A stretch of DNA of 62,279 bases from a virus. The notes under the pieces are model-generated. The model did not search any database, had not been told where the DNA came from, and saw only the letters and a list, made by a program, of their open reading frames with translations. Both the position numbers and the translations under genes were made by a program. Shown here one piece after another: positions 56,059-61,795 of the stretch. Numbering within the stretch: position 1 is the first letter of the stretch; every line of letters starts with the position of its first letter. Where the stretch lies: positions 1 through 62,279 of IMG/VR virus record IMGVR_UViG_3300048774_000008; one strand, 5' to 3'.

Positions 56059-56618
56059 TTCCCAATCACAGTGCCGTTGATTGTTATTTCCAATTTCTGA
56101 GGCTCATTATTATCTGAATCTGCCGAAATATTCCATCCTTGCATATCGCTAATCTGTTTTATGGCCTGCAACGGCGAGTGTGTTTTTATTTTTAATCCGT
56201 CTTTTCCGGTAGACAATTCAGATATTGCAGCGATCTTTATTTGATCCTGCTCGACAGAATCTTTGATTGACCAAAGAGATTGTTTTATCAACCTACCGCC
56301 AATATCAACTTCATATGATCCGAATTCGACTAAATCCGATAACGATGTACGGGCAAGCGCCGAAAGACGCTCTAATGCCTCCTCCCGCTTCAATATCGTG
56401 TCTTTAACCGCTATGGAACGCATTAAATCGATATAAGCTTTCACGCTAGGGTTAGCTAGGATTTCAGTTACCCCAGCTCGGATTGCGCTTTCCGAGTTCG
56501 CCTTTCCTTTCGATGCTCTATAAGCATTGGCGGCATTCATGCCCTTTAATGTATTTGTTGCAATTTCTTTTTGCAACGGCGTCAATGCGCTAAATAATTT
56601 TTCCTCTTCGTTTTGCAT
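56055..56618 (-). CDS. terS: Terminase small subunit (Terminase_2/P27-like)
   Basis: LTPLQKEIATNTLKGMNAANAYRASKGK...SAIRAGVTEILANPSVKAYI. Overlaps the terL start. Confidence 0.75.
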   Translation of the reverse strand: MQNEEEKLFSALTPLQKEIATNTLKGMNAANAYRASKGKANSESAIRAGVTEILANPSVKAYIDLMRSIAVKDTILKREEALERLSALARTSLSDLVEFGSYEVDIGGRLIKQSLWSIKDSVEQDQIKIAAISELSTGKDGLKIKTHSPLQAIKQISDMQGWNISADSDNNEPQKLEITINGTVIGK

Positions 56619-56765
56619 TGTTTATGTATCCTGTATTTATTTTAACTATCGAACTCCTGAGATATTTTTGGGAATTATATACATAACTACCTCGGTTAAA
56701 TTTAATTGAAAAACATCTCAAAATGTACTTGACTCCCTCAAATCAGCACTTTCGATCTATTTAAG

Positions 56766-57356
56766 ATGTTCCCCGATCAAGAATCGGCGCGGCTCTATCT
56801 CGAAAAACGCCTTTGGCCTAACGGTTGCCGCTGTCCAGTATGCGGCATTGGCGACCGCGTGACGGCGCGCAAAAATGGTTTCTACCGCTGCAACCAATGT
56901 AGAGAGGATTTCACCGTTCGCACTGGAACGATTTTTGAACGTTCGCACGTTCCTCTACATAAATGGCTTTACGCGATGTACCTGGTCACCACGGCACGTA
57001 AGGGCATTTCATCATTACAACTGAGCAAGGAAATAGACGTTACGCAAAAATCTGCATGGTTCATGCTACAGCGTATTCGTGAAGCCTGTGGCACTGATCC
57101 AACGATTTTAAGTGGAGTTGTCGAAGTCGATGAAACCTACATCGGCGGCAAAGAATCCAGCAAGCACGAATCGAAAAAGCTAAAGGCTGGCCGTGGCGCT
57201 GTCGGCAAGACCGCCGTCATGGGCATGCGTGAGCGCGGCGGTAGAGTCAATGCCGTTGATCTGATTGCAGATAAGATACTGGCATTTAAACCAAAACCAA
57301 AGAGCGCCCCGGCCAAAAAACGTGCGAAAGCGCGTAAGAAACTGGCTAGGGAATGA
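56766..57356 (+). pseudogene. IS1595-family transposase remnant (N-terminal zinc ribbon + HTH, DDE domain truncated)
   Basis: CPVCG....Y.C..C...FTVRTGTIFE.S.VPL.KW..A....T.....ISS.QL......T.KSAWFM..RIR......L.G.VEVDETYIGG is the IS1595 N-region. The ORF ends about 45 aa into the catalytic domain with an unrelated Lys/Ala-rich tail. Confidence 0.65.
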
Positions 57357-57369
57357 TAGTTTTAAGCTA

Positions 57370-57699
57370 TTACAAATAAGCAACTGTGACATTAGCCGCC
57401 GTACCGCCCGATGTCACAACGCACAATCCAGTCTGTAGTGCAATGCCATAATCAAGCGATACCTGTGCTGCTGTCGATACCGTCGCCAATAGTGCGCCTG
57501 CCGCCGTCAGCCCATCGTAAATAGACGCGCTTGATCCTGCGCCAGCAGTATTGATAGTGATGCGCCCAAACGTGCCGGCACCGGATTTAATCAACGTTGT
57601 CGTAGCGGTATTTATATTTGAGGCACTTAATCCAGTCTGATAAACGGGTATTGCTGCGCCAGGATTGCATTGCGTACTCGGAGGATTTGAATTTGACAT
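57370..57699 (-). CDS. Small Ala/Thr/Gly-rich protein (paralog of 45452-45808)
   Basis: 109-aa ORF, isolated from the structural module. Confidence 0.5.
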   Translation of the reverse strand: MSNSNPPSTQCNPGAAIPVYQTGLSASNINTATTTLIKSGAGTFGRITINTAGAGSSASIYDGLTAAGALLATVSTAAQVSLDYGIALQTGLCVVTSGGTAANVTVAYL

Positions 57700-57711
57700 T
57701 TTTACCCAGAA

Positions 57712-57744
57712 TAAAAAGTCCGGTGCCGGTTATTCACGCACCGG
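57712..57744 (-). terminator. Rho-independent terminator
   Basis: Minus strand: CCGGTGC-11 nt-GCACCGG then ACTTTTTAT, directly upstream of the 109-aa gene. Confidence 0.6.
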
Positions 57745-57787
57745 CTGAAATCCACCGGTTTTACACGATGGAGGAGATTTAAATCGA

Positions 57788-57844
57788 AATTAGAGGAAAA
57801 ACTCTAATTAAATACTTGCGTTGCGCGTTACGATGCCCCATACT
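57788..57844 (+). promoter_or_regulatory. Promoter with upstream inverted-repeat operator for the small-gene operon
   Basis: IR AATTAGAG-6 nt-CTCTAATT (57788-57809). TTGCGT (57816-57821), 17 nt, CATACT (57839-57844). Confidence 0.4.
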
Positions 57845-57882
57845 GAATTCATCAGCAGTACAAACCCAACCGGAGAATGAAA

Positions 57883-58098
57883 ATGAGCACAAATCAAACA
57901 GCAGCATTTAATGCAGGCGTAGAATTTGCAAAATACCTGAACGATAGTCCTAATGCACGTCAAAACTGGAGTCAACTCTCCCGCGCCGACGGGATCCCAG
58001 AGGGAGATTACGCCGAACTAACTCGCGAATTTGGAGAATGCAATTCCGACATGGAGAATCAATTCCGTGCTGGATTCAATAAAACATTATGCAAATAA
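57883..58098 (+). CDS. Small protein, paralog A (71 aa)
   Basis: MSTNQTAAFNAGVEFAKYLNDSPNARQNW..; GGAGA 7 nt upstream of the ATG at 57883. Confidence 0.6.
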   Translation: MSTNQTAAFNAGVEFAKYLNDSPNARQNWSQLSRADGIPEGDYAELTREFGECNSDMENQFRAGFNKTLCK

Positions 58099-58154
58099 AT
58101 AGTTGATCCACCCGACGCCGAATTCACAATTTTTTAAATCAACCGGAGAATAAA

Positions 58155-58409
58155 ATGAAAACTTTCACAAAACGCTATAGTTTAACAATCAATGGTTGCT
58201 CGAATTCATTTGGCTGTGCCGAAATAATAGCCAAACGATTGTGCGCGTGGACTGGCATCTCGTACACCGAGGCACTGGCAAAAGGCAATGCTGACTTCTC
58301 TCGCAAACTCGCGAGAAATGCGATGATGTACGTTCTCGATTTGTATAAAAAACAAAATGATGATCTGCAAATTGAAATTGTGCAGAGTGGTTATATTCCT
58401 AATAAATAA
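58155..58409 (+). CDS. Small protein (84 aa)
   Basis: ORF with the same upstream module, ACAATTTTTTAAATCAACCGGAGAAT. Confidence 0.55.
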   Translation: MKTFTKRYSLTINGCSNSFGCAEIIAKRLCAWTGISYTEALAKGNADFSRKLARNAMMYVLDLYKKQNDDLQIEIVQSGYIPNK

Positions 58410-58455
58410 ACCACCTGGCATGGATACAATTTTTTAAATCAACCGGAGAATGAAA

Positions 58456-58677
58456 ATGAACACGAACACAAATCAAACAGCAGCATTTAATGCAGGCGTA
58501 GAATTTGCAAAATTCCTGAACGATAACCCTAATGAACGTCAAAACTGGGGTCAACTCTCCCGCGAGGACGGAATCCCAGAGGGGGATTACGCCGAACTAA
58601 CTCGCGAATTTGGAGAATGCAATTCCGACATGGAGAATCAATTCCGTGCTGGATTCAATAAAACATTATGCAAATAA
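58456..58677 (+). CDS. Small protein, paralog B (73 aa)
   Basis: About 90 percent identical to paralog A. The last ~110 nt are identical. Confidence 0.6.
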   Translation: MNTNTNQTAAFNAGVEFAKFLNDNPNERQNWGQLSREDGIPEGDYAELTREFGECNSDMENQFRAGFNKTLCK

Positions 58678-58789
58678 ATAGGGAATTATATATTTAATTC
58701 CCTGTGCAAAATAAATCAAAAAACACTTGCAATTGCGCCCATCGGCACAACGCCAACCGCGCCTCGGGATCAGGGGCTGGAGAAATAAA

Positions 58790-59131
58790 ATGCTTACTCA
58801 AGATCAGCGCGATACCTTCAGACTGGCTCTCGCATCGTTCAATGACTATACGGTCAAAAGTGTTGGGGAACTCGATATCGATAACATGTTGTCGGATGAC
58901 CAGATTGTCGAAACACGTGACACGCTAGAAAACTTTTTCAAAGCTCATGGCCGTAAGTTAAATCGACGGACTGGCGAACGGCCAGAAGTGCCATTTGAAC
59001 AGGAAGCCACTTTGCTCGGCGTAATTTACAAATGGGACGACGTTCAAGCGCGCAAGGGCGCACGCCGTGGGACCCTTTATGTGATGGACTTTGGCACTGT
59101 TCGCGCCGTATTTTTCGACGGCGAGGCATGA
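58790..59131 (+). CDS. Small protein (113 aa)
   Basis: ATG 58790 preceded by GGAGAAA. Confidence 0.55.
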   Translation: MLTQDQRDTFRLALASFNDYTVKSVGELDIDNMLSDDQIVETRDTLENFFKAHGRKLNRRTGERPEVPFEQEATLLGVIYKWDDVQARKGARRGTLYVMDFGTVRAVFFDGEA

Positions 59132-59213
59132 GCAACCACCCCGACGGATGCACCCGGCATTTTGGGAGCTTTTTTGCATCAAAATACCGGCCTTCGGGCC
59201 ACAGGAGAAAATC

Positions 59214-59408
59214 ATGTCTCAAACCGCAACCGGCGCATACATCGCCCAAATCATCGATCTAATCGACAAAATCAATACCCTGAAAGCTGCCGCCGAGGAT
59301 CATTTCAACACGCATCCTGACTCAATCAACTGGGGACACGTCGGCACTTTGACCAAAATCAATTCAGATCTGTGCGTTATTATGCAATTTGCAGGGGTAA
59401 AAGTATGA
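59214..59408 (+). CDS. Small protein (64 aa)
   Basis: ATG 59214 preceded by AGGAGAAA. Confidence 0.5.
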   Translation: MSQTATGAYIAQIIDLIDKINTLKAAAEDHFNTHPDSINWGHVGTLTKINSDLCVIMQFAGVKV

Positions 59409-59563
59409 CTGCCAAATCAGGTAAGCAGCGCGCCCAAGAATTGCGTAATCGCCGCATCGACGCTGGCCTGGTCAGGCTCGATATTTACGCGCCACGCAGT
59501 CTGCACGCTGCCATCCGCCAATATGCTAAATCTTTAATTTCCCTACAGAAAGTCGAAAAATGA
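59405..59563 (+). CDS. Small basic protein (52 aa), possible RHH-type regulator
   Basis: MTAKSGKQRAQELRNRRIDAGLVRLDIYAPRSLHAAIRQYAKSL, with a strand-helix-helix-like pattern. ATGA-coupled on both sides. Confidence 0.4.
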   Translation: MTAKSGKQRAQELRNRRIDAGLVRLDIYAPRSLHAAIRQYAKSLISLQKVEK

Positions 59564-59703
59564 ACCTGCCATCATCGATTAAACTGTCTCAAACCCTCCG
59601 GCGCCAGATGGGCGATTTTAACTATGTCCGGTATTGCCGCAATCTCGGCGTTGATTTTGAGACCGTCTACACGCTCATGTTCGGCAGGATACCGCGCATT
59701 TAA
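59560..59703 (+). CDS. Small protein (47 aa)
   Basis: MNLPSSIKLSQTLRRQMGDFNYVRYCRNLGVDFETVYTLMFGRIPRI. Its last 20 nt belong to the repeated leader-like element of the CRISPR region. Below the ORF-track cutoff. Confidence 0.35.
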   Translation: MNLPSSIKLSQTLRRQMGDFNYVRYCRNLGVDFETVYTLMFGRIPRI

Positions 59704-59716
59704 AAGCATGCTTTTT

Positions 59717-59849
59717 CGTGGGGAACACAGGCTCAAACTCAACCGATGGGCGGCCCATCCGGTTCATCCCCACGCTCGTGGGGAACACGCCTGGTGCTAC
59801 GCTCTGCACCGACGAACACGCGGTTCATCCCCACGCTCGTGGGGAACAC
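59717..59849 (-). CRISPR. Mini-CRISPR array B: 2 full type I-E-like repeats, 2 spacers, truncated terminal repeat
   Basis: Minus sense: GTGTTCCCCACGAGCGTGGGGATGAACCG at 59849-59821 and 59788-59760. Spacers are 59820-59789 (32 nt) and 59759-59729 (31 nt). The terminal copy keeps only GTGTTCCCCACG (59728-59717). Confidence 0.75.
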
Positions 59850-59887
59850 CTGGTGCAGGATACCGCGCATTTAAAAGCATGCTTTTT

Positions 59888-59959
59888 CGTGGGGAACACA
59901 GGCTCAAACTCAACCGATGGGCGGCCCATCCGGTTCATCCCCACGCTCGTGGGGAACAC
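59888..59959 (-). CRISPR. Mini-CRISPR array A: 1 full type I-E-like repeat, 1 spacer, truncated terminal repeat
   Basis: Repeat 59959-59931. Spacer 59930-59900 is identical to the distal spacer of array B. Truncated repeat 59899-59888. Confidence 0.75.
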
Positions 59960-60169
59960 CTGGTGCAGGATACCGCGCATTTAAAAGCATGCTTTTATAA
60001 ATTCGATGGCTAATCCGCTAACAGTGATTCGTGTTGCTCACCTTCACGCGGCGGCATACTCTATGGTGCCACATCCATGTGGCATTGCGGTTTATCAATC
60101 CTACGATGGGCTATCCGCAGATTTTTCGAGTACGGCTGTCCAGCCATCGAAATCTGTGGTGCATAATGC

Positions 60170-60192
60170 AAAAAGCCCCGTTCTCGCGGGGC
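60170..60192 (-). terminator. Rho-independent terminator
   Basis: Minus strand: GCCCCG-CGAGAA-CGGGGC followed by TTTTTG. Confidence 0.75.
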
Positions 60193-60494
60193 ATCCTTTG
60201 TCTACTGTTTGCCCATCGTGGGCGCTCTGGCGGTATTGGTTCCGAGTACAGCGTCTCGGGGAGTTTGTCTTGCAACATAGCAGCTCGGCCGGCTTTGTAA
60301 TCCGGCTTCATACGCCTGTTAGTTATCCTGCTCTGTATCATGGTCGGCTACGGTCCGGTCGCTCCTGCGCCAATTTTGCCGGTACTACCATATTTTCGAG
60401 CGAACGAAGCTATCAAGCTTCGGGGCTTCAGGTAAGCCGCTGCCCTGCTTTCGCTCAAATTACCTACAAGAACATCACTACAGATCAAGCAGGT
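60170..60494 (-). ncRNA. Candidate ~325-nt structured RNA (late-promoter leader transcript, function unknown)
   Basis: Bounded by a near-consensus promoter and an intrinsic terminator. No credible minus-strand ORF. Many local stems, e.g. GAGCGAA..TTCGCTC enclosing CGAAGC-TTGATA-GCTTCG, GCCGG-9 nt-CCGGC, CCGAG-8 nt-CTCGG, GCCC-ACGAT-GGGC. Confidence 0.45.
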
Positions 60495-60500
60495 TATGCC

Positions 60501-60529
60501 ATGCTACATGGACAATTTAGGCGTGTCAA
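60501..60529 (-). promoter_or_regulatory. Strong sigma70-type promoter (candidate late promoter, PR-prime analogue)
   Basis: Minus strand: TTGACA (60529-60524), 17 nt, TAGCAT (60506-60501), about 120 nt downstream of the Q-like stop. Confidence 0.6.
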
Positions 60530-60540
60530 TACATTTGTCG

Positions 60541-60655
60541 TTGACATCCTCCCCGCCCTAAAGGACGGGGATTCCTACAGCTAGCAGCGCATGTCCGCGC
60601 TATCCATCCTCCCCCTGAACGGGGAGGATTTTCGCGCAAAGCCCTGTTAAAAATC
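60541..60655 (+). repeat. 115-bp perfect direct repeat, copy 1 (three hairpins, the last a plus-strand intrinsic terminator)
   Basis: Identical to 61242-61356. Hairpins are TCCCCG..CGGGGA, AGCGC..GCGCT, and ATCCTCCCC-CTGAAC-GGGGAGGAT followed by TTTT. Confidence 0.95.
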
Positions 60656-61228
60656 CATATCATTTGATAGTTTTTTCATGGAAACATCTGCGCACCGTGC
60701 CGCCATCGCGTTTAGCACCTCAATCATGTCTAAAACGTAATCGCGCACTTCTTTTCTGCACAGTATCGGCTTCGTGCCGGTGCCGCGGCAGGCGGGGCAT
60801 GGTTCATCAGAGAGTATTGGCGTTCCAGCTAATGCTAGGTGCGTTACGCCGGTCGCTAGGTTCATCTTTCCGGTGCAAATAGGACATTTATCGTTTAGCC
60901 AGTGCTTTAGAGAGAGATCGGCGATTTTTCCGGTATCCGTTTCTTTAGGCCATTTTCGACCCGCAGACTTGAATAATACGATTCCCGTCCATTTTACAAG
61001 CAACGGATTGTAACTGGTCGCGTCGTTTGCGTATTTCACGCGAAATAACAAATTACCGATCCCCGCGCCTTCCGCAAATGTTGGGATGATGGGCTTATCG
61101 TTAATCCAGCCGGATGCGCCGCTGCCAATGGCTACTGCTGCCAATGGCTCGGTATTGTGGTGAAATTCATCATCGCGCAATTCTGTCGCCTGCACCGATC
61201 TTGCATACCGATCAACTATTCCCATCAC
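60647..61228 (-). CDS. Lambda-Q-like antiterminator candidate (zinc-finger protein)
   Basis: CPICTGK...22 aa...CPACRGTG parallels the CRDCHGTG...CGRCKGVG pair of lambda Q. Similar size (193 aa). Position between the nin-type genes and the late promoter/late genes. Confidence 0.4.
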   Translation of the reverse strand: MMGIVDRYARSVQATELRDDEFHHNTEPLAAVAIGSGASGWINDKPIIPTFAEGAGIGNLLFRVKYANDATSYNPLLVKWTGIVLFKSAGRKWPKETDTGKIADLSLKHWLNDKCPICTGKMNLATGVTHLALAGTPILSDEPCPACRGTGTKPILCRKEVRDYVLDMIEVLNAMAARCADVSMKKLSNDMDF

Positions 61229-61241
61229 CCCCCCCTTTTTT

Positions 61242-61356
61242 TTGACATCCTCCCCGCCCTAAAGGACGGGGATTCCTACAGCTAGCAGCGCATGTCCGCG
61301 CTATCCATCCTCCCCCTGAACGGGGAGGATTTTCGCGCAAAGCCCTGTTAAAAATC
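61242..61356 (+). repeat. 115-bp perfect direct repeat, copy 2
   Basis: Identical to 60541-60655. Preceded by a C8T8 homopolymer junction (61229-61244). Confidence 0.95.
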
Positions 61357-61374
61357 GATCATGCTTGCGCTTGC

Positions 61375-61794
61375 TCACGGCATCCCCACCACATAGCCAG
61401 CCACGCATTCCACATCGTTTATGCTCGACAGGTTCGGCAAATTGACCGCCGGTGCCATGTGCATGAATTTCGGCTCGTGCTTTGATGAAACCACCTTCGC
61501 CGCCGCATACGCCTGCTTATAGCGCAATTTCGCATTATTCTCATGCGGTGCATCACATGCTGTCAACTCTTCGGATGCATCCAGCAATTCCTTCAGCGCG
61601 GCACGTTCCATTGCTGTGGTGCAATCACAATTTCGAGTGTCAGTCATCGGCGGGCGGTTTTCGTCGATTACTTGCATTGCAATGGCGGCGATAGCTGCTT
61701 TAATTGCTTGCGCAGCATCTTCCATTTTCGGCAGTTCGCCAGTGCCGTTGAGGATGCTTTCGAGTACGGCTATGTGTTTTGTTGCGTCGTTCAT
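61375..61794 (-). CDS. Hypothetical protein (139 aa)
   Basis: ATG 61794 with GAGGA 8 nt upstream, one nt after the stop of the repeat gene. Confidence 0.55.
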   Translation of the reverse strand: MNDATKHIAVLESILNGTGELPKMEDAAQAIKAAIAAIAMQVIDENRPPMTDTRNCDCTTAMERAALKELLDASEELTACDAPHENNAKLRYKQAYAAAKVVSSKHEPKFMHMAPAVNLPNLSSINDVECVAGYVVGMP

Positions 61795-61795
61795 T

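Noticed and set aside
59624-60013. 129-aa and 88-aa plus-strand ORFs across the CRISPR region.
   Set aside because: Their sequence is repeat/spacer translation with internal duplications (HPVHPHARGEH.. twice). The periodic 29-nt repeats explain the open frames.
60006-60584. 192-aa plus-strand ORF covering the ~325-nt RNA region. I considered it as a real gene because the plus-strand terminator of the 115-bp repeat follows its stop.
   Set aside because: There is no SD. The composition (Ser/Arg/His/Cys/Trp-rich, very few Lys/Glu) is unlike every other protein in this genome. It runs through a strong minus-strand terminator and promoter. One or two chance ORFs of this length are expected in about 124 kb of six-frame sequence. 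It remains an alternative that homology or ribosome profiling could revive.
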